A program made the translations under genes and the position numbers. Shown here piece by piece: positions 12,988 through 26,027 of a stretch of 64,000 nt of DNA (position 1 is the first letter of the stretch; each line of letters opens with the position of its first letter). The notes under the pieces were generated by a model. The model searched no databases and had not been told where the DNA came from. It saw only the letters and a list, made by a program, of their open reading frames with translations. Where the stretch lies: assembly GCA_038087875.1 (NCBI GenBank), contig CM075982.1:23002001-23066000 (forward strand). The letters run 5' to 3'. This DNA comes from Malacoraja senta. Its lineage: Eukaryota.

Positions 12988-13080
12988 AACGCGTGTGGTG
13001 TGCACAATCAAGTAAGATCAAATAGAACAAGTTGTCCTGCAACTTTAGGCTGTGCACGCCATACGCAAGAAGAAGAAGAA
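12934..13080 (+). mobile_element. 147-bp non-autonomous retroelement (ribozyme-headed SINE-like element with (GAA)n tail)
   Basis: Flanked by the imperfect direct repeat GTCCCAACCC (12924-33) / GTCCAAACCC (13081-90). Ends in caagaagaagaagaa. The 5' end coincides with the predicted ribozyme cleavage site. CpGs are retained. Confidence 0.75.
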
Positions 13081-15029
13081 GTCCAAACCCAAAACTTCAT
13101 GACTCCATTGCTGCTTGACCCCACTGCGTTCCTCCAGTACTTTGTGCTCTACTTGTTCCGGAAGCCTAATGTCGGGCATGTGGACAATGTGCTTGTACGC
13201 CAGAGCTGATTGAGCATGATCAAAGCCACAATGCCGGGGATATCAGTTTAGGAGAGGATACTGACATTGGTTTGCCCATTCTGCCAACAAATCTGGAATA
13301 TTTTCTCGAGACAGTGTTGGTGGCATCTTTGGGCACCATGTCTCCAAACCAGTGATCATTGCTCGACCCTGAGATCAAAAGTTCGGCTTAAGGTTCAAGG
13401 TCTTGGTCTGTCACTCAGTCTGCCAGAATGTGCTGGCTCGATGTGGGCAGTGGTGGATTTTGTCATTCATTTTTGTCTTTGCTGAGAGGTGGCTCCTGGA
13501 GGACAGAAAGTGATCACACTTTTCAGGATCTTGTTTATGGGCCTATTACTTCCATTCATCCTCTCAGTACAAGAATCAAAAAATGGAGCTCATTCTCCTG
13601 GTGTGTTGAAGCGTTCTGTGTGAAGTGTAACTCCGTGATGGTTTGGTTTTGGTTTGTTTTTTTATATTCTCATGTGTACCGAGATATACATTGTTTTGCA
13701 TGCTATCCAGGTAAATCGAACCATGCATGAGTAAAGGAATCCCTGCAAGCCTCACGTGGCACCCACCTGAGGAACAAGTGGAAGGAGAAGGACAAACGGT
13801 TCGCCAGACAACCGGGATGGATGCGTCGGCTGCAACGGACCTTTGTGGCCGGCTGCAGCTGGGACTGTAAAATGGTGCCTAAATGGCGCCTTTTGCATAT
13901 CATCTCAGTGGGATGTTCTGTACATTCTGGATTAACCGGGGGATTGTGCTTATTGTTGCTGAGCTGCATGCAAAAAAAGTGTTTCACTGTACCCTGGTAC
14001 ACCTGATAATGGAAAAGAGAAAATAAACAGCTTGCCGGATGGAGTAATCTTGGTTCTGGAGTGTAGACTCACCTACCTCTTTAGCCAAGCTACTGGTCAT
14101 CTGTCCTGGCGTCTTTCCGGCTACCTTCAAATCATATTCCTTTCAATATTTGATGTGTTAAAAGCAATATATAAACTTGATTTGTTATTGTTCTTTGGAA
14201 GTTTCAGAGATGCTGATATTTCCTCTTCCTTATTCCTCTAAGCTCCCCCCATGACTCACTCCCACCCAGCACTAGTCATATGGCTCGCATGAAGCCAGCA
14301 TGAAATGCAGATAAGGCACTTGAACCGGAAGGGCAACAGGGAAACAAGGCTTTGAAGTGCTGCTCCAGACACTATGGGCTGGGCTCTGACCTTCCTTCCA
14401 TGGACAGCCAGTTTGCTGGCACTCACACGCTGACTAGGCTGAATTGCCACAAGGTGGAATTCCAGCCTCCTGTACTCACTGGCTAACGGAGAAGAGGAAA
14501 GTGAGATGAGAGTCCCTGAAGTATCAATGTCTGGCCATTCAGCAGGTGGTCAATCGAGGTGCTATTTCTCCCTTCTCCCTACAGATGGGTTACTACTTAC
14601 GACGCTCCAGGATTATCCAGGAAGCTTCCAGGCATCAAGGACTAAATTCCAACACACTCTCACAATCATCAACCAGCAGAATAACCAATGGAGATGTTAC
14701 TTTAAACACTTTTCCTCACCAATTCTAAAACTACTGACTGAGAGCCACTTATCATATCATTGGGTAACAGTCTGTCGATGTGAGCATGGACAGGTTGAGC
14801 AACAGAGAATAGGTTCAGGGCATTTGGAAGCAGATGAAATCTCTGGGTCTATATCAGTTTGCAGGTACAATCGCAGCAGTGGGAACCCAGTCATGGGTTT
14901 GATGACAGCCGTTTGTCGAAAAGGGCCGGGTGAGAAATCGGCTAACAACTTCACTGGTTGACTCAACAGCTATTCTGGCTAAGGCAATGGAGCAAGACAC
15001 ACAGAAGTAAACATGAGGCAGAATAAATG

Positions 15030-15510
15030 TGTAATTACAAGAAATGACGTGGGGGCTTTGGAAAGGGTTTTGGAGAGGCTTTGGGGAGGTTTACCAGAAT
15101 GCTGTCTGGGTTCGAGGGTATTGGCTATAAGGCAAGATTAGACAAACTTGGATTGTTTTCTCTCGAATGCCGGAGGGTGAGGAGAGACTTGATGGAAGTG
15201 TACAAAATGATGAGAGGCATAAATAGGAGAGAAGGTGGGAAGGACGAGAGTTTAAAGGAGATGTGTGGGGCAAGTTATACAGATGGTGGCGGTTGCCAGG
15301 AATGTACTACCAGGGTTGGTGGTGGAGGCAGGTACTATAGTGGCATTTGAGAGGCTTTTAGATAGGCACACAAATTTGTAGGGAATGGAGGTTTATGGAT
15401 CACATGCAGGCAGAGGAGATTAGTTTAACTCATGTAGATTAGTTTAACTAATTAGTTTAAACCAACATTGTTGGTTGAAAGGCCTTTTCCTGTGCTGTAC
15501 TGTTCTATGT
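15030..15510 (+). mobile_element. CR1 LINE 3' fragment
   Basis: ORF 15081..15350 RFTRMLSGFEGIGYKARLDKLGLFSLECRRVRRDLMEVYKMMRG is the CR1 ORF2 C-terminus. Confidence 0.85.
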
Positions 15511-16204
15511 TAATTGGAACTGAATATCACCTGCACATGACTCCAGGCACAGATGAAGCTGCACTAAGGTTTCTGTTCTGAATGTGTCAAATAAGGTGGC
15601 CGTGCACTGACCATGCTGTTTGTGGGGGAAGGGATGTTGTGCAGGGTCAGAGAGTTGCACGATAAGATACAGCCAGCCTGCCCCGGCCTATCTCTGCAGT
15701 TCTTACACCAAAAATGGATTAATGGATGTCAGACTGCAAGCATGTCAGCACATTCTTGAGTGTTTTTCATGAAGGTATTATTTGTCAGGAATCTAATGGG
15801 CTGAATACCTCCTTCACTGGGAACAGTAAACAACCTGTGAGCCAATGAGCCAAATCAGCCACAATTTTTACATCCTGCCCCCATCTTCCATATCCTCTGC
15901 TCCCCCACCCAAAATTCCAATATTTAACTGGCAGCATAGGTTGACTGTGGGTCGGTGCGGGCAAGTTGAGCTGAAGGGCATGTTTCCACACTGTATGACT
16001 CTAGGACTGTCAGAAATGTACTCAACCCAGTAAGTATGAATACTCAGTGCCAGGAGTTCCACTGAAGGCTGCTGGGTTTCTTTGGGATGTAAGGCAGAAC
16101 ATCAGAAAGGTTAAGCTAGAAGGTCGAAGTGGCTAACTTCACACCCAGACAGAAGGGCAAGAGTAGGACCATTGGGAGTGGGATCAAAATCTCAGTTTGA
16201 TGGA

Positions 16205-16358
16205 AACACGAGGAACACCAGATGCTGGAATCTTGAGCAAAACACAAAGAAGGGTCTGAAGTCTGAAAGAAGAGTCCCGACCCAAAACGTCTTATATCCA
16301 TTCATCCACAGATGCTGCCCTGACCTGCTGAGTTTCTTCACCATTTTATGTTTTGCTC
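16205..16358. mobile_element. Degenerate Penelope-terminus short element
   Basis: Same arm sequence (cagatgctggaatcttgagcaaaacacaaa ... cacagatgctgccctgacctgctgagt) with a decayed core. Confidence 0.55.
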
Positions 16359-16919
16359 AAAGCTTTGACGGCGGCTTTGCTCTGAATAAAGAAATGTCAG
16401 TAATGTGACAGCCTCCATGCTGAGGCACGGTAAGGTGAAAAGACTTCTGTAATTGGTCCGCTTTGGAGAATTTTCTGTGAAGTTTGCTCTTCAATGATGA
16501 TCCAATCCAATGGCATCTACTGGGACCACCCAATCCAGTAACTGCATCATATGGACTTATTCTAACTGTGAATGTCTCAGGTCTTGAGGTTGTCACAGCA
16601 TGGGGGCAGGGCTGTTGCAACCTGAAGCAAATACTGGACTCAGGCCACACATCAAAGTGCATACATTGGATGTGCTCAAAACAGATCATCTCAAAGTGAC
16701 CGTGTTACAACTTGAGAGCAGAGGATATTTCTCTGCTGCATTTCACCAGGCTCTGCCGGGCTATTTGATGTGTGCTGGTTTCCAACCTATAGCACACCTC
16801 AACTGGGCTCTTTTATAAGCGATCTAATGGGCGAGAAGCTGAGTGTCCCTGGATGCAAGTTGCACAATCAGGGCATAATTTCAGCCCACAGCACTCAGAG
16901 GGAAATAGACACAATCAGA

Positions 16920-17178
16920 GTGCGTGTGATACGGCACCTCCAGTGACCCACTTCAATTCTGACCGTGGATACTGTCTGTGCAGAGTTTACAAGCACTCCT
17001 TATGGGCGTTCCCAGGGTGTCCCAGTTCCTTGTCATATCCAGAAGATGTGCAGGCTGTTCAGTTAAATGGCCATTGTAAATTGACTTGCATGCAGGTGGA
17101 TGGTAGGTAAATCAGTGGAAGGTGTTGATGGGATTGTTAACACAAATAATGGGCTGAAGGATCTCCTTCTGTGTTGTA
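16920..17178 (+). mobile_element. Degenerate V-SINE
   Basis: Weak match to the V-domain and the tail 'gggctgaaggatctccttctgtgttgta'. Confidence 0.55.
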
Positions 17179-17555
17179 GGTAAATATGAAATGTTTTAAT
17201 CAGTTTTGGCACCTTAGCAAGTTGACCAATGAAAAGTAAAAATGGGTCATGGAGATGATGTCTGGTCTGGTTAGGTTATCATATGGCTCAAACCTCAGAT
17301 AATTTAGTGCCTGTGCCTTGAAAATGTAAGGATAGATTTTTTGCACAGTGGCTCGTGAAGATGTCTTGAAAACTAATAAAGGGAATGGGAATCCATTTTC
17401 TATTTAAGTTTTTATATGCCAATTTTAAGACTTCTTCTGAAACCTACCGATATTGATAGGATATTGCTTTTATTGTAGGGTGGTCATGATTCCGTTGTCA
17501 TGATTCCAGGTAAGAGTCTCTCCAAGTTGTTATCTCAGTTTCTCTACAAGGTTTA

Positions 17556-17894
<339 letters not shown>

Positions 17895-19488
17895 TTATTC
17901 AGTGGCCCATTTACGAATAGACTATGGGACATTGCATGAGTTGGGTGCAATACACTTTGGAGGTAAATCTTTTGCATGTTTGGTGTCTAAAGCGCTCTGT
18001 TGTTGGGTGACCTATGCCTAGGTGCGCTGTGGATGTGCTGATAGAGATGGACTGCTGGTGGACACCAATTTAGAGGGATCTTGCTCAATTCCTTACCACA
18101 TATTGGAGTTTATGGCACGAGTTTATCTACCCTTTGGATAGTCACTGAATCTAAATGTATGGTGTCATGAGTGGACAGGCAAATGATGCTTCCAAAGGGG
18201 TCAATTTATAATCCCAGATGGGCTTCATCCTTCCTATAACCCCCACCCCCCCCCCCACACCCCCCGGTAGGTTAATTCCAATTTTCATCAAGGTTCAGAC
18301 AGCAGTGGAGGAACTCTGATTGGAATTCCTCTCCTTGTAAAATGCAGTGTCCTGTTCACATGCTTCCTTCTGCATCCCTGAGGGAAAAGGGCAGCACTGG
18401 GCCGTGATTGTGCCCAAGAATTGCCCAGTCAGAACGGTGATCAATGAATGAACAGAGCATTGGTCAACCGAACTAGCAGCCTTCTGATTGCAGAAGAGTA
18501 AGGAACTAGTAGATGATTACATATACCATGAATCATCGTATAATCATGCAACTCAGGAAGCCATGTGCCAGCCTTTGAAAGATCTATCCTGTAATCCTTG
18601 TATTACAAGATGACTCCTGTATCTTGGCATTGTCCTGCGTTATTTTCCTATTCACTTACTTTCTTTGGACAGTTACAATTGAATCTGCTAACACCACTCT
18701 TTCTAATGCCATGTTCCAGATCATTTAATTCACAACGAACCATAATTCTTTTACTTCGTTCCAGTAACTTTAAATCTGCGTTCACTGCCCCAGTCTCCTT
18801 CCGTTAGAAACAGTATCTCCGTAATTATCCTATCAAAACTTTCATGATATTGGAATACTTCTAATAATTCTCTCCTTAACCTTCTCAACTTGGAGAACAA
18901 AGCTGTCAACTGTTTGTCATGCGAGATTATTCCTGACTGCATTGATCCAGTTTTTCTAGCTGCTCTGTTTGCCCTGTGCAGGAAGTGTGCGTGTGCAGCG
19001 ATATAGCTGGGAAATGATTAAGTGCTCAGTGTTCTAAGGATAGAGTTCTTGGCTGTCACAGCCCTTGAGTGAGGCTGTGCAGTCTCACAACACACTGATG
19101 GCTACTGACAGATGCTGAGAGTCAGGGCAGACTGGGGTGGACGAGGGTGTGGATGCCGCAGGAGGGTGAGCCCATCTTGAGGACTCTGACCCGTAAGAGC
19201 ACGATGCCAACTCGACGGGCGAACCCTTAGGGCACTGACTCTGTGACCTGTTGGCAAAGTGGTTCGGATTTGATATGCTGCTTTAATGACAGGATGAAGA
19301 GGGAACTAACCGGGATCTGGCCTCCATGGCCACCTGCCGACATTGCAGTACATAGCACATGGAGCAGTGCAGCACAGGAACTGGGCTCTTCAGCTGTCTG
19401 TGCCAAGCATGAAGTCAAGTTAAACGATTCTTCCTCTGTCTGCATATGATCCATATCCCTCCATTCCTTGCATATCCATGTGCCTATT

Positions 19489-19617
19489 TAAAGCCTCTTA
19501 AATGCCTCTATTGTATCTTCTAAAAGCCTCTTAAATGCCTCTATCATATATTTTAAAAGCCTCTTTAACTACCCCATTGTATCTTCTAAATGTCTCGTAA
19601 ATCCCCCAATCATATCT
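19489..19617 (+). repeat. Degenerate ~33-bp tandem repeat (about 4 units) derived from a CR1 tail
   Basis: Unit aaagcctcttaaatgcctctattgtatcttcta repeated with progressive divergence. Confidence 0.7.
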
Positions 19618-22600
19618 AACTCCAAGTAAACGTCTGTAGTGCAAGGCTGTTGTAGAGCAAGCAACTGTGATTTCCTTGGGAGAAGGTGATGGTGTTTCAT
19701 GATCAACGGTGAACATCGTCTGCAGGTGGGAACCTAACTCTGATCTCAGGCACAGAGAAGTGTGCGTTAGCACCACAGAAATGAGGCAATGGAAGCAGAT
19801 TTTCCCAAAGTTGCTGACAGAAACTTCCACCTATAGCTATCACATCTCCACTCCCTTTCTGGATTACACCTTTCATGACTTAACAAAAAAAAGTAATGCT
19901 CCCTCTGCACTGCATTGATCAACCGAGTTTCTCTGGTTAAATCTTTGAACAGGGACCTAAACTCAAAGCCTCTTGAGTTGTTATCCAATTGGCCCATTAC
20001 AGACCGGTCCTATTTGCCAGAAAGGTAGTGCATGCAGACCCTGGGCCCCAGGTTCAAAGTAGAGGCTGCTCTGTGTAATACTGTTGTCACTGCCTATTAT
20101 GCACAAAACACAAGCGCCAAGAACACTCACAGAAAACGAGGTGCACACAGGGATGAGGTACAAACTCAGACACTTATGGCTTTCTCTGCCTGCCTATACA
20201 TCTTGACAGAATCACACACAAAGTGCACATGCATACAAGTGCACATATCCAGTGAGCCACTTGGACATTCAATTGATTTCAGACCCACACTTCAATGAGA
20301 TTTTCCTAGTGCTATTTTTATTCTGTCTTGTCTCTCCACCTGCCAGAGTCACTGCAGGTTCAGACTCCAACCTCCACATGACCTGATGTTTCACCAGTGA
20401 GGAATTACTTTGAATGGCTTGCTTTCCTCTCACATTCCATTGAGGAACAGAGGCTCCCTGTGGAGTTGAGAGCAAAAGGGGAAAGAGTGCCAGTGTAATC
20501 CCCCTCTAATTATAAAAACAGACATTGAACATATAACCTAGTACAGCACAGGAAAAGGTTATTTGGCCCACAATGTCTACACCGAACATGATGCCAGGTT
20601 AAACCAATCTCCTCTGCCTGCATGTGATCTATATCCCTCTCTGCATATCCACACGCCTATCTAAAAGCCTCTTAAATGCCCTCTCGTTTCTCCAACTACC
20701 CCATCTACAACAGGGCCTACACTTCAAAGATATATTTAATTAACTGTAAAATGCTATGAAAAATTCTGAGGCAGTTTAAGGGGCTAACAAAATTGTGGGT
20801 CCTTTTCTTCATCAGTGATCTCTCACTGGTTGTGATTAGTTCCTTGAGTTTAATTTATTTTAGTTTAGGGATACAGCGTGGAAGCAGGTGTGCATCAACT
20901 GTAGGCTTGTGCTGGCCACACAATTGATACACAGCTCCTACACTGGGTCTCTGCTTGCTGCCGAGGTTCATACTCAGCTTCTGACATTAGACCACTGGTA
21001 TCTCTGAGCCTTCTCAACCTTTACTTTAAGTAGGCACAAAGCACTGCCAGAGTCCAAACTTGGGTTGTCAATTCTCCAGGACTGTCTGATTGCTTGTAAT
21101 TTATTTTGTTTATCTCACAAAAATATTGGAGATGAGGCAGAAAGGTTGTTCAACTGATAGTCAGGGCTATAAATATTCAGCAACGTACAATTTGCCAGTG
21201 TTCTTTCAACGCTTAAAGGATAAGGGCAGCTGGCATGCTATTAGTTGCACGTTTCCCTCATATGGTCACAAACCACTCTGACTTCAAAGTATGTTGTTAT
21301 TCCCTCATTCTGGGTCAAACCCTTGGAATTTCTGAACCAATGTTGCTGTAGAATTATTTTCACCACATAGATTCCAGCAAATCAAGAAGGTGACTCACCC
21401 CCATCTTCACAAGGCCAGCCTCGTCGAATCCTGGCCTTGCCAGCCTCGTTGGCTGTGAGTAGAGGGATCATGGTGTGGTGAAGGTGCCATACAGCTAATA
21501 GCAGAGCGGGTGCCAGGTTAACGAATGGTCTTATGATGAAAGCTCGTGGAAATAATTGAACAGAGCTGTGTATCCCAGTATACCAATCATTCTTTAGCTT
21601 GAATTATGAGACAATACTAACACTGTTAAAATGGCTGGCTCGCCACCCAGGATGCCTGGAATCTCTCACCTCTAAATTCAAACCTGTGTCAGCGCAGGCA
21701 TTTACCCTCAATCCCTTCGGTCAATTCCCTGCCTAACAGACTTTCCTTTGAATCCTCTGATAGAATTAGCATGAAACATGCTCTGATGGATTTGAAAAAT
21801 ACAGCATGGAAACTCGGCCTACCGAGTCTATGCCGACCATCAGTCACCTGTTCACATTAATTCATAAGGTCATACAGTAAGTGATAGGAGCAGAATTAGG
21901 CCAACTAGAATTTGTCTACTCCGCCATTCAATAAGTTCTACGTTATCGCACTTTCACATCCACTCCCTACACACGAGGGGCAATTTATAGAGCCAATTAA
22001 CATGCAAACCTGCAATCAACAAATTTATAGAACAGTAATGCACAAATACATTTCTCCATAACTTGGACACTTGTCCTTTATAATTAATTGCGACTCAAGC
22101 CTGTCAATTTAACTAGAGTTGTTTTTCCTTTCTCCCCCTTTCTCCTGCAACTGGAGATCTGTATTTTCTCAAGAAAACTAATCCTGTCTCGGTTTCCCTT
22201 TTAACAGTGTGAGTCCTCCTGCACAATGGCCTGTGGCCTTCTAGCAGCTTCTGCAAGGATGGCCAGGCTGCCTGAAGGTATCTTCTCAATTCAGGGGCAA
22301 GGTCCTGCCCTTGTCAGTTGTATTATACAGCAGACAATTGGTGTCTAAATGGGGCAGGCGATACTTGCAGGTGGGATGATAGAGTGAAGAAATTATTAAA
22401 CCTGACATGGCCCTGCCCAAGGCTTTAGACCTTTCTATGTCTCTTTCAGGTTTCTAAACTGAGTCCTGGCATTAATACAGTGAGCTTACTGCCCTCTCTG
22501 GAAAACCTAGATGAAAAATTACTGTATGGAGTTAAATTCATAGAGATATTTTGTGTGGAAACAGGCCCTTTGGCCCGATGTCAATAGTGGGCAAGATGTT

Positions 22601-22710
22601 GGAGGGGATTACTAGGGTCAGGATCTGCCACTATTTGGATAGGCATGGACTGATTAGAGATAATCAGCGTGGCCTTGTGCATGGGATATCATGACTTACA
22701 AATCTGATAG

Positions 22711-22941
22711 TTTGGTGGATGAGACGAGAGTCGATTGTTCAAACGGGTTTATTAACAAAACAAGTAAACTGACGAAGTATCTCAACACAACCAATAAACA
22801 GATCCAGCCACAACGGTCCAGAGCGACTGAAGGGGCATCGCCCAGAAAGCGCGCGAAACACAACCCCTCCCCAGAGTCACATGTCCGAGGCACCCGACCG
22901 CAGGGTTCGATTACCTGCGAGCACCAGCAGGTGCCGCTACA
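22711..22941 (-). mobile_element. Solo LTR (Gypsy-like), inserted in a CR1 RT fragment
   Basis: Minus strand begins TGTAGCGG. AATAAA lies near the 3' end (plus tttatt 22748-53). A 4-bp duplication ATAG occurs at 22707-10 and 22942-45. The segment is CpG-rich relative to its flanks. The 3' end reads CCAAA rather than the canonical CA. Confidence 0.6.
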
Positions 22942-23174
22942 ATAGAGTGAAAAAATAGTCCTGTTGTTTTTAAATCTTTCCCCTCTCACCTTAAACCTAT
23001 GGCCTCTCATTCTTGATTCCACTACATAGTACCCAGGGGCAAGCCATGCAGTCACTGGGAGAATGTGCAAACTCCACAGAGAGAGCATCGGAGATCAGGA
23101 TGGGACATAGGTCACTGGAGCTGTGAGACTATAGTTCAGCAACTGTGCTGAGTCTGTCAGACTATGGAGTCTCA

Positions 23175-23600
23175 GTATGGAATTGCTCAGTAGCTTTGGC
23201 TCCATCAGTGGCATTCTGATTCAGGAGGTCTAGGGTTTCAAGTCTTTTCGAGATTAGAGGACAAAACTTTGTCTGATTTCTAAAGTGGAGCTCTAGGAAT
23301 GCTGTACTGCCAGAGACGTTGTCGTTCAAGGTGGAGACACTGTCTGTCCATTACAAGTTAACCAAAAATATCTCACGGCATTATCCAGAGAGGTGTCCCT
23401 GTATTCCTGGCCAACAATTTGGCCTTCACTATAAGAGTCAATAGTTCATAATCTGGTGTTGTTGGTGAGATTTTGTTTGTGCACTAATTACATTCTGCAT
23501 TCCTCACATAACTGCAATGACCGTGCTTCATGATTATTTTGATATTTGTGAGGAGCTTAGGGATGTCCTGAGATGGTGCAAGGTCTTTTATTAACAAACA
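23175..23600 (+). mobile_element. Old Deu-domain SINE (SacSINE1/AmnSINE1-like) with L2-type tail
   Basis: Degenerate 'gctgtactgccagagacgttgtc...gtgtccctgtattcctggccaacaattt' and tail 'gggatgtcctgagatggtgcaaggtc'. Confidence 0.55.
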
Positions 23601-23661
23601 GTCTTTCCCTTGCATTTTTTGAGCAGGTTGGTCCCACTGTCTGGAATTGGAAATCCCAGCA

Positions 23662-23986
23662 GGGGTGGCATGGTGGCGCTGCGGTAGAGCTGCTGCCTTA
23701 CAACGCCAAAGACCTGGGTTCGATCCTGACCACGCGTGCTGTCTATTCAGAGTTTGTACGTTCTCCCTGTGACCTGTGTGGGCTTTCTCCGGGTGCTCCG
23801 GTTATGTCCCACACTCCAAAAACGTACAGGTTTGTAGGTTAATTGGCTTTGGTAAAATTGTAAATTGTTGCTGGTGTGTATAGGATAGTGTAAGTGTAAG
23901 TATGCGGAACTCGCTTGTCAGCGTGGACTTGGTAGGGCGGAGGGCCTGACTCCGCGCTGTATCTCTAAACTAAAACACTAAAACTA
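23662..23986 (+). mobile_element. Near full-length tRNA-derived V-SINE (HE1-like) with CR1-type tail
   Basis: A-box 'tggcgctgcggtagag', B-box 'gggttcgatcc', V-domain 'gagtttgtacgttctccctgtgacctgtgtgggctttctccgggtgctccgg', tail 'gaagggcctgactccgcgctgtatctctaaactaaa'. Confidence 0.85.
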
Positions 23987-26027
23987 GCAGGAACCTTATC
24001 AGCCAGCTTGTCTCACTATCCGCTGTGATACATGTTTACCATTTAAAAAATCGTAGCATGAATGAAAGTTTTAATGGATGGGCCACAGATTCTTTCTTCT
24101 CGTCCACTCTAATCCATTTGGGATTTCAAGGACCTCACAGTGGACTCTTCAGTAATCATGTTACAAGTTTTACAGCACAAACGACTGGGCCAGGAAACAG
24201 TCTTGCATTGTCAATGTCCATGAGTTTCCAGTCTGATAGATTTTCTGAAACATAAGCTCCTACGATATAGCAGAGGTTGGAGAGAGGAACAAGGGGACGA
24301 TGGCTCAGAGTGAGCACCAGGTGGAATTATTTGTCCCAGTACCACCTGCCTTGATGTGAAAGGTGACGGACAGACGTTGGATTATTAATTTGCATCCACC
24401 GAGTTATTCATTTTTAATAACATGAACTAATACAGACTGCTGTAGGCAGGCAAGGAAGGCCGGCGAGATGAAATATCAGTACTGTGTACGTGGTCTCAAA
24501 CCCCTTTGTATCCACTTCATCTGCATAACCTTCTTATTACAGGAAGTGAAGAATCTGGTGTCAGCAGCCAAGACAACCCGATTGATAGACTTCCTTTAGA
24601 AAACAAACTTCTCAATGAGGCAACTTTCTCATGAAAACTGTCGAGACACAGGGACAGTGCTAGTTCAAAGAAAGTGATCAGACCAGTTAGGGGGATGGGG
24701 GAAAGTAATAGTAAGACAATAGAGATTATGCGCTTTGCTAATTAAAATTAAAACTTTAAAGTTGGGTTAACGCTGAACAGCGATGTGTGCAGTGACATCT
24801 GGGCCTGTAATCAGCGGCACGGCTTTTAACCACTGCCAACTAAAATATCCAAATATAAAATCCACTTTACAGATCATCGCAGCAGTTCAGGGTCTGCCAA
24901 AGCAAACAGTCAAAGTCTGAAGTTTGCTTTACAAACCTGTGATCAGGGAGTTGAGAGGGCAGGCTTCCAGAAAAGCAATTGCAGCAAGCTTCAGATCCGA
25001 ACCCAGACGTAAATCTATCACCCTGCCCAAATAGGTCCACAACACTAGGCACTAATGACACAGTAGTAGTCCGGAACCAGAACACACATCTACCCAAGGT
25101 GGCCTGAAAAGACGTCAGTCAAAGTTAAATGATCTATATTCGGCCAGTTTTTTTCTGAAAGTATACATTGGGGGGTACACGTCCCAAAGAGTCTAAATAG
25201 AGTCATAGTTATACAGCACGGAAACAGGCTCTTCGGCCTAACTTGCCCATGTCCAAATCTTCAAGGCACTATGCCCAAGGGCATATTCAGCACCCGTGGT
25301 CAATAAGTACCATTTTATGAAGGACTACACATGCATCAGCTGTCATTGGGCATGGGCAGCAGGGGCACTGTCATTGCAACATGCACAGCATGTGTGTACA
25401 AGGGACTGAATGCATTCATGCTGGGTTATGGATTCCGTGGGGTGAATCTCACCATAAAAGGGGTCAATATGTGTCAATTCTTGTTGAACTACAGTTTCTA
25501 TGGGCACTGAGCAGCTTTAAATAAGTAATCCAGTCATTCCTGATGTGCAAACTTAGACACAAACAAGATATCCAATTAAGGGAGGTGTCACAAACAAGTC
25601 CAATTTTGTTTTTCACATTTATGCATATGCTCCTTTCAGTGACAAGGTGGGAACTTGGTTTTATCTTCTTGATCTATAAAAGTTAAGGCTAATTTTGACC
25701 TCAGCTGACTGGACAGCTGTCAGCCCAAGGATCGAACCTGATAATTTCCCAGTCCTGGTGCAGACACTCACAACCACACACCTAAAAAACAGTGTTACAG
25801 GACACACCAAGAGTGACTAAGTCCAACACTTCAAGTTAGTAATCCACTGTAGTTATTTATCCATTAAGAATTCCATAAAACTGTGAAATATAGGATTTTC
25901 CATCCAGTATTTTACTGAAAACAATTACCAAAAAGAGAGGCACCCTTGAGGCAGAGTCAAACAAATTCTGTTTTTATTTATGGTCCAATAAATTTTTCCC
26001 AAAACACCTCAATTATTTGGTTACACT

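Larger units (their letters stand above)
12405..13148. mobile_element. Penelope-terminus-derived element with inverted arms, interrupted by the 147-bp ribozyme element
   Basis: Left arm 'aaaacacaaagtgctggaggaactcagcgggtcaggaagcatctg', a pyrimidine-rich UTR, then 'cagtctgaaga'[insert] and right arm 'gctgcttgaccccactgcgttcctccagtactttgtg'. Confidence 0.65.

Noticed and set aside
14506-14961. 151-aa plus-strand ORF with a strong-looking acceptor (tttctcccttctccctacag) at ~14584
   Set aside because: No recognisable protein in any frame, antisense to BCAS3, and no partner exons found.
23662-23735. tRNA-like sequence with A and B boxes
   Set aside because: It is the head of a V-SINE, not a functional tRNA gene (no complete cloverleaf).
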